A model generated the notes under the pieces. It did no database searches. It was not told the origin of the DNA and saw only the letters and a list, made by a program, of their open reading frames with translations. The position numbers and the translations under genes are program-made. From assembly GCA_040218735.1 (NCBI GenBank), contig JAVJQW010000046.1, positions 1 to 64,000 of the forward strand: a stretch of DNA of 64,000 nucleotides. The letters run 5' to 3'. Positions 36,783 through 48,249 of this stretch are shown here, piece after piece (the stretch's first letter is position 1; each line of letters opens with the position of its first letter). This DNA comes from Deltaproteobacteria bacterium. GTDB lineage: Bacteria > Myxococcota > Kuafuiibacteriia > Kuafuiibacteriales > Kuafuiibacteriaceae.

Positions 36783-37447
36783 GCCACGACCCGCACTCCC
36801 GCAAGCGGCTGCACAAGCCGTCGAAGGTCGCGTTCACCGGGGAGCACCTCTTCGACCGCGTCGCGCGCGCCGTGTGTGACGCTGAGTGTCTCCCGCGCAA
36901 AGAGCTGTACGAGTCGTGGGAGGTCGCGCGTCGGGCGCGGCGCCGCTTCAAGGGCGGGCGCGTCGTGGACCTCGCGTGTGGGCACGGCGTCGTCGCACAC
37001 TTGATGGTCCTGCTCGACAAGGGCGGCGGGTCGGGCGCCGTCGCCGTGGATCGAAAGTTACCGCCGTGTGCGTTTGCGGTGCAGGCCTCGCTGGTCGAAG
37101 CGTTCCCGCAGCTCGCGAATCGCGTCGAGCTGTTGCAGGGCGACGTCGAGGACGTGACGCTGACCGCGGACGACGTCGTCGTCGCCGCGCACGCGTGCGG
37201 AGGTCTCACCGACCGTGTGCTCGCCGCTGCGATCGCCGCGCGTGCGCGCGTCGCGGTGCTGCCGTGTTGTCATTCGTTCGGTAAACAGGACCAAGGCGGG
37301 CTCGCGGGGTGGCTCGAGCCTTCACTCGCGATCGACGTCGTGCGCGCCGCGCGTCTGCGCGACGCCGGCTACGACGTACACACGCAGACGATCCCGGACA
37401 CGATCACCCCGAAGAATCGACTGCTCTTCGGGCGGCCGCGGTCATAG
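36779..37447 (+). CDS. SAM-dependent methyltransferase (Methyltransf_32-like)
   Basis: VVDLACGHG, AHACGGLTD, LPCCH, TPKNRLL. Confidence 0.85.
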   Translation: MSHDPHSRKRLHKPSKVAFTGEHLFDRVARAVCDAECLPRKELYESWEVARRARRRFKGGRVVDLACGHGVVAHLMVLLDKGGGSGAVAVDRKLPPCAFAVQASLVEAFPQLANRVELLQGDVEDVTLTADDVVVAAHACGGLTDRVLAAAIAARARVAVLPCCHSFGKQDQGGLAGWLEPSLAIDVVRAARLRDAGYDVHTQTIPDTITPKNRLLFGRPRS

Positions 37448-38017
37448 GAACATCTCGGTCAGGAACGTCACGAGCGCGACCGGCACGACGAGGCCCACGG
37501 CGGAGCCGACGACGAAGTGTTTGAAGCGCACCGTCGACATCGCGAGTGCGTAGTTCATCGCGGGGGCGAGCCAGAACAGACAGCGCAGCACGATCACCGT
37601 GCGGATGGGTCGCGCGTCGAGCTGCCCGAGGACCTTCTTCACGAACGGTTTGTCGATCGTGGTGAGCGCCTGTCCGCCTGCGCGTCGCACGATCAGGAAC
37701 GTGAACGACACCGCGACGACCGCGCCGAGGAGCGCGACGGGGAAGCCGAGCGCGCGACCCCAGATGAGGACGCCGGCGACGACGAACACCATGCCCGGGA
37801 CGTGGAAGAACATGCCGAGCGCGAAGGCCCCGACGAACACCACGACGCCCAGCGCACCCGCGTCCTCGACGGCGGTGCGGATCGATTCGGGGTCGATGTC
37901 GCCGATGAGCCCCGTCATGCGCCCGATCACGTAGACCGCGACGCCGGCCGCAACGAGGAGGCCGAGCCGTAGCCAGGGACGTTCGGGAGTGTTCGAGGCC
38001 TTCGACACCGTCTCCAT
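37442..38017 (-). CDS. TVP38/TMEM64 (VTT/DedA-superfamily) membrane protein
   Basis: Hydrophobic helices; FHVPG, LRCLF..APAMNYA, FVVGSAVGLVP. Confidence 0.85.
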   Translation of the reverse strand: METVSKASNTPERPWLRLGLLVAAGVAVYVIGRMTGLIGDIDPESIRTAVEDAGALGVVVFVGAFALGMFFHVPGMVFVVAGVLIWGRALGFPVALLGAVVAVSFTFLIVRRAGGQALTTIDKPFVKKVLGQLDARPIRTVIVLRCLFWLAPAMNYALAMSTVRFKHFVVGSAVGLVVPVALVTFLTEMFL

Positions 38018-38084
38018 CACCCCATCAGACTGGATCCGGCCCGACAACCGGTCAGGGATCGGGCCGGTCGTCTGGATGGAGCCG

Positions 38085-38795
38085 CTACTGGAGCAGGTGC
38101 GCGATGATGTCGGCGAGGTCCTGCTGCGACAGGTCCGCCGGCTCGAAGAAGGGCATCGGCCCCGGCGTCGAGTCACTCGCGTCCATCATGCCGGACGGCG
38201 GCGGGCCCGAGGTGCGGACCTTCTGGGCGATCCGGCCCGCGGTGTACGTGCCGAGCGTCGCCTTCGCGAGCGAGCCCGCCGGGCCGACCTTCAGGTTCGC
38301 GTCGTGGCAGGTGCCGCACGCCGCGGTGTACTTCGCGGCGCCGGCCGTGGCGTCGCCTCCGCCGTAGGCGGCTTCGTACGCGGCCTCGTTGTCCAGAACC
38401 TCGGGCATGAGCGGGTTCGGATCCGTGACGCTCTCGCTCGAGATGCTCTGCAGATAGGTCTCGAGCATGATCCACGCCTCGTCGGTTTCGCCGAGCGCGG
38501 TGCCGCCCATCCAGCCGGTGACGCAGGCGTTGCTCGCCGCGAGGAGGTTCGGCGCGTCGCCGCCCTTGAAGCTGGTGCGGTACGCGATGTCCTTCAGCGA
38601 GTCGCCGGAGCGCTTGCTGCCGTCGTTGCTGTGGCACGTGGCGCAGTCCGCCTGGTTGCCAGCGGCGCCGAGCGCGGCCGATGTGGCGCCTTGGTAGTAG
38701 TCGATGGGCTGGGATTCTTCTTCGTCGCCGCCGCCGCACGCGAAGGTGCCGACGGCGAAGAGGGACAGTACGAGTCGAGCGTGGGTTTGGATCAT
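38085..38795 (-). CDS. Diheme c-type cytochrome lipoprotein (TsdA/SoxA-like fold)
   Basis: Lipobox TFAC; CATCH and CGTCH; NACVTGWMGG and C-terminal MP...LSQQDLADIIAHL. Confidence 0.85.
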   Translation of the reverse strand: MIQTHARLVLSLFAVGTFACGGGDEEESQPIDYYQGATSAALGAAGNQADCATCHSNDGSKRSGDSLKDIAYRTSFKGGDAPNLLAASNACVTGWMGGTALGETDEAWIMLETYLQSISSESVTDPNPLMPEVLDNEAAYEAAYGGGDATAGAAKYTAACGTCHDANLKVGPAGSLAKATLGTYTAGRIAQKVRTSGPPPSGMMDASDSTPGPMPFFEPADLSQQDLADIIAHLLQ

Positions 38796-38929
38796 CTCGA
38801 GCGCAGGTACTCCGCGGTCCCCTGGGAGTTACATCGAGGGCGTCGCCGATCGACCGACCGGGACAACCCCGGCGACGCGGCTCAGCTTCGCGGCGTCCGG
38901 CCCGCGGCGCTGTGCTGCGCCGGAGGCTG

Positions 38930-38968
38930 TCTTTGGTCGAGGCGCCCGGTTCTTTGGTCGAGGCGCCC
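38930..38968. repeat. 18-bp direct repeat with a 21-bp period in a divergent intergenic region
   Basis: TCTTTGGTCGAGGCGCCC at 38930 and 38951, with a degenerate third copy following. Confidence 0.8.
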
Positions 38969-39014
38969 ACGTTCTTGGGGCCCGAGGGCGCGTCCTCCAG
39001 CGCACATTGGCACG

Positions 39015-40238
39015 ATGCGATTGGAGCAGGTCGGCCGAGGGGTCCTGGTGTTGTTGGTGGGGTGCGGGAGCGGGGAGGTCACCGACCTCGGCGTCCGCGA
39101 CGGGGGGCCGGCCCGGGACGCCGGCGAGGCGCGGGACGCGGGCGCCGTACGCGACGGCGGACCGCGGGACGGGGGACCGACGATCGAACCGTGTGTCCCG
39201 GGGTTCGTCGAGATTCAGCCCGTCGGGCTCCCCGCGCAGCTCACGCCCACACCGCTCCCGGCGAAGGTCACGGCGGAGGTCGGCGGGTTCAACTTGGGCG
39301 TCGCGTTCTTCTACGAGCAGAACGGCGAGCCGGCGAGCGGCGTCGCCGGGCTTCGGTTCGGCACGAACGGAGGGCTGCCCGTGCCGCTGTTCGCGATGTT
39401 GAAGCCGACCCGCGTCATCCACGGCATCTTCGATCATGGCGCGGGCCGCGTCGCCGTCTTCAGTGGAGGTGTCGCGACGAACCTCGACCGCGACGGCGTC
39501 GCGGTGGCGTTCTTCGGGCCGGCGTCGACCCGACCGGAGACGGTGCGGCACGTGCAGACGAGCGATGACTTCCGCGGCGTAGCACCGACCTCGACGGAGG
39601 TGGTCGTGCTCACGCAGACGTCGCAGACCGTGAGCCGTCGGTTGTTCTCCGTCGACGCCTACGACACGGAGCGCTTCTCCATCGACTCGAACCGCCCCGC
39701 GCTCGCGGTGACCGTCGATACCACGACGTACCTCGTGTACGACGCGGGAGATCTCACGAGCTATCGCCTGGGCGTCGTGCCGCTGTTGGAGGGCGGCCCC
39801 GGAAAGGCGATCACCGTCGACCTCCCCGAGACGGAGACGGTCGCTGGTGTCGCCGCGTTCGGGAGCGACGTCGTCGTGCTCTTTTCGACCGGCGAGCGAC
39901 TCCGGCTCGCGTTGGTCGATCCCTTCACCGGTGATCTCGCTTGGGGCGCCGACCTCGACCGGTCGCTCCGCGACGGAACCGCCGAGCTCGCCGCGATCGA
40001 CGGCACGGTCGGCGTGGCGTACTTCGCGGACGGCGCGCAGGCGCCCGAGGTCCACCTCTTCGATGCGGAGCTTCAGCCCATCGCGGACGCGCCCTTCGTG
40101 CCCGACGTCCGGGTCCTCGAACCGCGCCTCGGGATGTCGTTCGCGGGCGGCCGAGACACGTTTGCGCTGACCACGAGTGAGGGCGAGTCGGGCACCGTGC
40201 GCCACACGATCGTCTTCTTCGACGCCTGTTCGTTCTAA
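39015..40238 (+). CDS. Hypothetical beta-rich lipoprotein
   Basis: Lipobox LVGC, RDGG/RDAG linker repeats and a beta-strand-rich body. Confidence 0.75.
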   Translation: MRLEQVGRGVLVLLVGCGSGEVTDLGVRDGGPARDAGEARDAGAVRDGGPRDGGPTIEPCVPGFVEIQPVGLPAQLTPTPLPAKVTAEVGGFNLGVAFFYEQNGEPASGVAGLRFGTNGGLPVPLFAMLKPTRVIHGIFDHGAGRVAVFSGGVATNLDRDGVAVAFFGPASTRPETVRHVQTSDDFRGVAPTSTEVVVLTQTSQTVSRRLFSVDAYDTERFSIDSNRPALAVTVDTTTYLVYDAGDLTSYRLGVVPLLEGGPGKAITVDLPETETVAGVAAFGSDVVVLFSTGERLRLALVDPFTGDLAWGADLDRSLRDGTAELAAIDGTVGVAYFADGAQAPEVHLFDAELQPIADAPFVPDVRVLEPRLGMSFAGGRDTFALTTSEGESGTVRHTIVFFDACSF

Positions 40239-40920
40239 CGCGGCGCCGCGTTGACCGCGAGCGCCGCGACCGCCGCCGTCTCGACCCGCAACACCCGCGG
40301 GCCGAGGTGTGCGCGTTCGAACCCTGCGCGCTCGAAGGCTTCGACCTCGTAGTCCGTGAAGCCCCCCTCGGGGCCTATCGCGATCACCCGCGCGGGCGTC
40401 GCGCGCAGGTGCGTCGGCGCGCCGGGGTGGAGCACGACCGCCGGGCCGTCCAGCGCCGCGGCGCGGTCCTCGACGAACGGTTTGAACAGGGGCTCGACAA
40501 TCACGTTCGGCACGTGGGTGTCGCGCGCCTGCATGAGTCCTTCGACGAGGAGCGGGCGGTACCCGTCGGGTTCGAGGAGCGGCGACCCGAGGTAGGCCTT
40601 GTCGGTGCGCCACGTTCGAACGAGGACGATCGTATCGACGCCGAGCGCGGTGACCTCCGGAAGGAGCTTCTTGAGGGACTTCGGTCTCGGCACCGCGACG
40701 ATCAGGACGGTGGTGGGGCGCGGCGGGACCTCGCTCCACGCGACGGAGAGCGTGAGCGCTTCGTCGACGATCGTCGCGACGCCGACCGGACCGTCGACGA
40801 GGCCGACCTTGAGTGTGTCGCCGACGCCCTTCCCGAGGACCGCGCGCACGTGGGTCGCGCGGTGATCGGCGACGACGAAGACGTCGCCGCGACGATCCGA
40901 CTCGAACAGCAGCAGGAGGT

Positions 40921-40924
<4 letters not shown>
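40235..40924 (-). CDS. rsmE: 16S rRNA m3U1498 methyltransferase
   Basis: HVRAVL, AIGPEGGF, LGPRVLRVETA (SPOUT knot); overlaps the recD stop. Confidence 0.9.
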
Positions 40925-42798
<1,874 letters not shown>

Positions 42799-42831
42799 GT
42801 CGCGGGCGAGACCATATTACACTCACGGGCG

Positions 42832-44823
42832 ATGGTGCGTTGGATCCTCGTCCCCCTGTTTGCGCTCTTCGTCGTGGCCTGCAGCGGCGGGGACGACGGA
42901 GACGGCGGCGACCGCGACGCGACGCCGGCGCCCGACTACGACGGCGGGCCTGCGCCCGACGGCGGACCGCTCGCCGACGGTGGTTTCCGCGACGGCGGCC
43001 CGACGCCGGACGGCGGGACGCGCGACGGAGGTCCGGTGCGGGACGGCGGGTTCGTCGAGGGCGACTGCGTCGAGCTCACCGGCGACACCACGATCGCGAT
43101 CGATCTCCTCCCGAGCCACCCACGGACGGGTGACTTCACCTCGAACCAGATGGTGCTCCCCGAAGCACCGGGCGGGCGCGGCCTGATCTTCTTCCGGGGC
43201 CGCGACACCGGCGCCCAACCCTTCACGTTCCTCCCCCCGATGGGGCCGTCGAGCTACGCGCTGGATCTCGTCGAGGACACCTACGACGTCGACTTCGTCG
43301 GGACGTCCTGCAGCGTCGATGCACCGCCGTTCTGCGGGCGCTTCGATCTCGCGCAGGGCCTCGAAGTCTCGGCCGCAGGTACGGCGGACTTCGAGCTCTC
43401 GCGGGTGAGCGTCACGGGCCGAGTGACCGCGAGCGGCGCCACGCTCCCCGACGTTGCGCCGAGCTTCCGAGGGCGCATCGAGCTCATCGCACAGAACCCG
43501 ATGGGGTTCCCGCGGAGCGCGGCGATCGACCTCGGTCAGACCGGCGACCTCACGTACACCGTCGAGCTCGCGCCGGGCTCCTACGACGTCGTGTTCGTGG
43601 GCGACGCGATGAACTGCGACCGCGCGGACCTCCCGTGCAACGTCGGCGTCGTCATGCAGAGCGTCGACCTCACCGCCGCCCGGACGCTCGACATCGACTT
43701 GCCCGTCGCGATCGTCACCGGCGAGCTCACGCAGAACGGGGCCACGCCCAGCGAAGCGCCGTTCATCCGCGGGCAGCTCGTGTTCGCGGAGCCGGGGCTC
43801 CCATCGACGTACGTCGACATCGTCGCGCAGGGCCCCGCGAACTACGCAGCGAGCGTCCTGCCCGGGACCTACGACGTTCGCTTCCGTGGCCTCAACGCGG
43901 GCACGGTACCGACGCTCCCGATCGGCGAGGGCACCGTGATGAACGGCGTGACGATCGCGGCCGACCAAACGCTCGACCTCGACATGACGACCGCGCGCAT
44001 CGGCGGCCTGATCACGGTCGATGGTGCGGGCGCGGTCGACGTCACGCCCCCCGCCACCCGCGGCGAGTTGGTGTTCGTGGACCCGAACGTCGATGCCGCC
44101 GTCATGAACCCGGCGTTTGTGCTCGGCTCGACCGGACCGGCGCGCATCGACATCACGATCCTCGCCGGCACCTACGACATCTTCTACCGCCCCTCGGCCT
44201 GCCTACCCCTGCTCCCCTGCACCAGCGGGCGTTTGTTCACGGGGCGCACCATCAGCACGGACGAGACGCTGACGCTGGACCTCGAGACCCACCGCCTCCA
44301 CGGCGCGATCACGATCGACGGCGCCCCGTACCCGGATCTCGCGGTCGAGCGCGGCAACGTCACGTTCATCAGCGATGGGGGCTTGGGGACCTTCCCGCTC
44401 GGCATGTCGGGATCGACGTACGACGTGCGGGTCTTCTCCGGCGACTACGCCGTGGTCCTCGAACCGCCGGCGCGCACCGCGTGCCTCGAAGGCTCGACGC
44501 CAGGCCTCCCGTGCAGCGCCGCGTTCTTCGCCGAACGCACGGTCGTCACCGACACGACGCTCGACCTCGCCGTGAGCACCGCCGATCTCTCGGGTGTCAT
44601 CACCGTCGACGGAGCGACCCTCCCCGCGCAGGGCAACGGCATCCTGTGGGCGTACGCCGAGGGCGGCCAGACCACGCCGTACCCCGTGCAATCCGACGGC
44701 ACCTTCTCCATCACGCTGCCGCACGGGAGGTACGATCTCGAATGGGCACCCGGCGACGTCTGCAACCAGACCGTCGACGACCCGCGCCCGTGCGCGCGGC
44801 ATTACGTCCGTCGCTGTCGCTAG
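42832..44823 (+). CDS. Hypothetical lipoprotein with about five tandem beta-sandwich repeats
   Basis: Lipobox VVAC and a DGG linker; repeats of G.(I/V)T..GA...RG...F...(PG/AG)(T/S)YD(V/I)...C...PC...TLD(L/I)D(L/M). Confidence 0.8.
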   Translation: MVRWILVPLFALFVVACSGGDDGDGGDRDATPAPDYDGGPAPDGGPLADGGFRDGGPTPDGGTRDGGPVRDGGFVEGDCVELTGDTTIAIDLLPSHPRTGDFTSNQMVLPEAPGGRGLIFFRGRDTGAQPFTFLPPMGPSSYALDLVEDTYDVDFVGTSCSVDAPPFCGRFDLAQGLEVSAAGTADFELSRVSVTGRVTASGATLPDVAPSFRGRIELIAQNPMGFPRSAAIDLGQTGDLTYTVELAPGSYDVVFVGDAMNCDRADLPCNVGVVMQSVDLTAARTLDIDLPVAIVTGELTQNGATPSEAPFIRGQLVFAEPGLPSTYVDIVAQGPANYAASVLPGTYDVRFRGLNAGTVPTLPIGEGTVMNGVTIAADQTLDLDMTTARIGGLITVDGAGAVDVTPPATRGELVFVDPNVDAAVMNPAFVLGSTGPARIDITILAGTYDIFYRPSACLPLLPCTSGRLFTGRTISTDETLTLDLETHRLHGAITIDGAPYPDLAVERGNVTFISDGGLGTFPLGMSGSTYDVRVFSGDYAVVLEPPARTACLEGSTPGLPCSAAFFAERTVVTDTTLDLAVSTADLSGVITVDGATLPAQGNGILWAYAEGGQTTPYPVQSDGTFSITLPHGRYDLEWAPGDVCNQTVDDPRPCARHYVRRCR

Positions 44824-44825
44824 GT

Positions 44826-47800
44826 TCAGTCGGGCTTCGCGATTTCGGCGAGCCCTTCGCCGTACGCGCTCAGCGCTGCGAACGACGGGCGCGAGAAGTA
44901 CACGCCGTCGGTGCCGTCGCCGTCGATCTTCATCCCGCGTAGGAAGCAGTACACCGCGCCGCCGAAGCGCGCTTCGTAGGCGGCCTCGGTGTCGAGGCGG
45001 AACAGCTTCACGAGCGCGAGGGAGTAGAGCTGGGCCTGCAGGTCGTAGTTCTCCGCGACGTGGGCGTCGATGGTCGCGGCGTCGTAGTTCGCGAGGAGGT
45101 CGCTCTTCCAGTCGAGCACGTAGACGCGGCCCTCGTGCTCGACGACGAGGTCGATGAAGCCCTTCACGAAGCCGTCGGGCGCGGATGGCTCGCCGAACGG
45201 GAAGTGAAACTCCATCTCGCGCACGAGGCGGTCGGCGTGCACGAGCCCTTCGACGCGTCGCTCGCCGAGCGCGACCGGTGCGAGCATCGCGGTGTAGACC
45301 ATCGACTGCGCTTCGAAGAGGTGGCGCGGGTCGAGGTCGTAGCGACGGAGGCCGTCCACGAACAGGGCGCGGACGTCGCGGCGCGCGGCGAACAGGTCGA
45401 CCGTCGAGGCGTCGAGGAGCGCGTTCGGTTCGACGAGCTCCAGCATCTCGTGGATGAAACGCCCGGTGGCGGCGCCGCTGGGGAGCACGTCGGGATCGAC
45501 GGGTGTGGTGCCGTCGACGTCGACCGCGATCTCCTCTTCGAGCAGCCCGGTCGGCGCGCGGTAGCCACCCTTTTGCGCCTTGATGCGCGAGTAGGAGGTC
45601 ACGTCGAAGCCGCGGTGGGCGCGGTGCAGCGCTTCGTACGGAGGTCTGTCGACGATCGGCTCGAACAGCGCGTCCGAGGGCGACCAGGTGGCGAGGCGAT
45701 CGAGGTCGTCCTTCGTCGCCCTCGTGCGCGTTCGTTCCACCTCCTCGATCTCCACGTGTTCGAACTGCGCCGCGTCGAGCCCCGCGAAGACCATCGCGTC
45801 GAGGCGGTCGTTGAGCTGCTTGTACGAGCCTCGAATGCCGCTCCGCACGTACGGCAGGTACAGGCGCGCCTTCGCGCGGGTCATCGCGACGTAGAGGAGG
45901 CGCTGGTTCTCTTCGAGCGCTTCATCTTCCGCGGCCCGCGGCCTCCCGGGGCCGACGTGTAACAGCCTTCGCCCGTCTTCGTGGTACACCGCGAACGATC
46001 CTCGCGGCTCGTCGAAGCCGCCGTACAGGAACACCGCCGCCGCCTCGAGCCCCTTCGCCTTGTGCATCGTCATGATCTGCACGGCGTCGCGGTCCGACTC
46101 CACGCGCTGCACGTTCCCGTCCTCGCCGGGCGGCGCGCGTCGGCCCTCGATGAAGTGGCGCAGCGAAGAGAGGAGCTCCGGCAGCGTGGACGCCTGCTGG
46201 TTCGTCTCCTCCACGAGGATCTCGAAGATGTGCAGGTAGTTCGTGAGCTCGCGCTCGCTGTCGTGGAGGAACAGCGCCCGTTCGATGAGCCCCGTCTCTT
46301 CGAGCACCGAGAAGAAGAGCCGCTCGAAGCGTTTGTCGTCGGCGAGTGACTTCCACTCGAAGAGGGTCTTCATCAGCCGGTGCGAGCCGGGGAGGTCGTC
46401 GAGGCGCCCGAGGTCCTCGATCGGCACGGCGAAGAACGGCGAGCGCCAGGCGTCGAGGCGGCGCGACTGGTCCATCGGGTTCGCGATCGCCGCGAGGAGC
46501 GCGTAGACGTCGCGCGCCTCCTGCGTCTGGAAGAGCCCGTCCTGTTTGTAGAACGCGTGGGCGACGCCGTGGGCGCGGAGGACCTTGGCGATCTCCAACC
46601 CTTCGTCCGCCGAACGGGTGAGCACGAAGATGTCGGCCGGTGAGACGGGTTTGCCGTCGCGCTCCGTTCCACTGAGTAGACGGGCGGCCTCCTTCGCGAT
46701 CGCGTCGGCGAGCGTCGCGCGGGCGTACTGCGACTTCTTGAACTCCTCGTCCTTCGGCACCAGCTCGAACAGCACGACAGGCGCCAGCGCGTGGCCGCCT
46801 CGCGTGAACCCGGTGAGCCCTTCGTCGCCGCAGCGCACGGGGTGGTCGTAGCGGATCTGTCCGGTGAAGAAGCGCGGATCGGCCTCGTCGTCGAGGACGT
46901 GGTTCACGGCCGACACGAGGCCCTCGCTGGCGCGGAAGCTCTCGGTGAGGTGCACGGTGTGACCGCCCGCCGCTGTGATTCGCTCGCGGGCTTCGAGGTA
47001 GGTGTGTACGTCGGCGCCGCGGAACCCGTAGATCGCCTGTTTGGGATCGCCGATCACGTAGAGCACACAACCCTTCGGCGCGTCCTCGACGAACAGCTTC
47101 GAGAAGATCCGCCACTGCGTCTCGTCGGTGTCCTGGAACTCGTCGATCAGCGCGTACGCGAAGCGACGCCGCAGCTGCTCGACCATCGCGGCGCCCTCGT
47201 CGCCGTCGAGGCTCTCCGCGAGCAGGGTGAGCATGTCGTCGAAGTCGAGCTCACCGCGTTTGGCCTTGCGGCGGCGGACCTCGGCCTGCACCAGCGGGAG
47301 GAAGCGCTGACACACCGCGGACTCGAACCCGACGAGCAGCGCGTCGAGCCGTCGCAGGCCTTCGAGGAGCTCCTTCAGCTTGCCCTCCTCGGTGACGTGT
47401 TCTTCGAGTTTTTCGATCGCGTAGCGGAGGAAGCCGCTGGCGCGTCGGTTCTCCGCGTCACACGCCGCGAGCACCGCGGGGACGTTGCCGTCCTGGAGGA
47501 ACGAATCGAGGATGCGGCGAAGCGCGACGACGCGCTCCAGGATCGCGCGGATCGACTGCGCGTGCATGCGCGCGCGCTGCATCGCGGGCCGCAAGGCGCG
47601 CGCGGACATCTCCAGGCGCGCGAGCGTGCGCAGCGTCGCGACGAGGTTGTCTTCGTCGTACTCCGGCTCGAAGGCCCCGCGCACGACGCTCGCGTCCCAC
47701 AGCAGCGAGACCAAACGAGGGAGCGACCGGCTCGCGAGCCACGCGTCGAGGAAGACACGTTCTTCGTCGTGGTGCGCGATGCGCGTGCGGAGCACCTCGT

Positions 47801-48248
47801 AGAACGCGCGGTCGAACGCGGTTCGGCCGTCCACGAGCTCCTGCTCGAAGTGACGCGCCGATTCGAACGCGTTCTCGGCGAGGACCCGTTGGCAGAAGGC
47901 GTGGATGGTCGAGATGGACGCGGCGTCGAACGAGAGGAGGGCGCGCGCGAGCTTCTTCTTCGCGTCGTCGTCGATGCACCACGCGTGCTCTTCGGGATCC
48001 GAATCGGTCTTCTCGACGAGCTCCGTCATCTTCTTCCGCAGACGGGCGCGGAGCTCGGCGGCGGCCTTCTCGGTGAACGTCACGACGAGGAGCTGGTCGA
48101 GCGTGACGTCGCCCTCCAGGAGCAGATCGATCACGAGGTGCTCCAGCGTGTACGTCTTGCCGGTGCCCGCGGACGCTTCGATCACGGCGTGCCGGTCGTG
48201 CGGCAGCTGCGCGAGGATCGCCGGCTTCTTCGCGTAGACCTTCGTCAC
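44826..48248 (-). CDS. recB: Exodeoxyribonuclease V beta subunit
   Basis: IEASAGTGKT, TFTEKAA, IDEFQDT, IGDPKQAIYGFRGAD, TMHKAKGLE, YVAMTRA; nuclease GFIDL...DWKS. Start at GTG 48248. Confidence 0.95.
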   Translation of the reverse strand: MTKVYAKKPAILAQLPHDRHAVIEASAGTGKTYTLEHLVIDLLLEGDVTLDQLLVVTFTEKAAAELRARLRKKMTELVEKTDSDPEEHAWCIDDDAKKKLARALLSFDAASISTIHAFCQRVLAENAFESARHFEQELVDGRTAFDRAFYEVLRTRIAHHDEERVFLDAWLASRSLPRLVSLLWDASVVRGAFEPEYDEDNLVATLRTLARLEMSARALRPAMQRARMHAQSIRAILERVVALRRILDSFLQDGNVPAVLAACDAENRRASGFLRYAIEKLEEHVTEEGKLKELLEGLRRLDALLVGFESAVCQRFLPLVQAEVRRRKAKRGELDFDDMLTLLAESLDGDEGAAMVEQLRRRFAYALIDEFQDTDETQWRIFSKLFVEDAPKGCVLYVIGDPKQAIYGFRGADVHTYLEARERITAAGGHTVHLTESFRASEGLVSAVNHVLDDEADPRFFTGQIRYDHPVRCGDEGLTGFTRGGHALAPVVLFELVPKDEEFKKSQYARATLADAIAKEAARLLSGTERDGKPVSPADIFVLTRSADEGLEIAKVLRAHGVAHAFYKQDGLFQTQEARDVYALLAAIANPMDQSRRLDAWRSPFFAVPIEDLGRLDDLPGSHRLMKTLFEWKSLADDKRFERLFFSVLEETGLIERALFLHDSERELTNYLHIFEILVEETNQQASTLPELLSSLRHFIEGRRAPPGEDGNVQRVESDRDAVQIMTMHKAKGLEAAAVFLYGGFDEPRGSFAVYHEDGRRLLHVGPGRPRAAEDEALEENQRLLYVAMTRAKARLYLPYVRSGIRGSYKQLNDRLDAMVFAGLDAAQFEHVEIEEVERTRTRATKDDLDRLATWSPSDALFEPIVDRPPYEALHRAHRGFDVTSYSRIKAQKGGYRAPTGLLEEEIAVDVDGTTPVDPDVLPSGAATGRFIHEMLELVEPNALLDASTVDLFAARRDVRALFVDGLRRYDLDPRHLFEAQSMVYTAMLAPVALGERRVEGLVHADRLVREMEFHFPFGEPSAPDGFVKGFIDLVVEHEGRVYVLDWKSDLLANYDAATIDAHVAENYDLQAQLYSLALVKLFRLDTEAAYEARFGGAVYCFLRGMKIDGDGTDGVYFSRPSFAALSAYGEGLAEIAKPD

Positions 48249-48249
48249 G

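Noticed and set aside
38930-38995. Repeat considered as a mini-CRISPR
   Set aside because: Only a 3-nt spacer, two copies, and no cas genes.
39007-39022. TTGGCACG as a sigma54 -24 element
   Set aside because: No correctly spaced -12 TGC, and it abuts the start codon.
42805-44855. GGCGAG(A/C)CC on both sides of the gene inserted between recB and recD, as a possible target-site duplication
   Set aside because: Too short to be significant in high-GC DNA; no transposase or inverted repeats.
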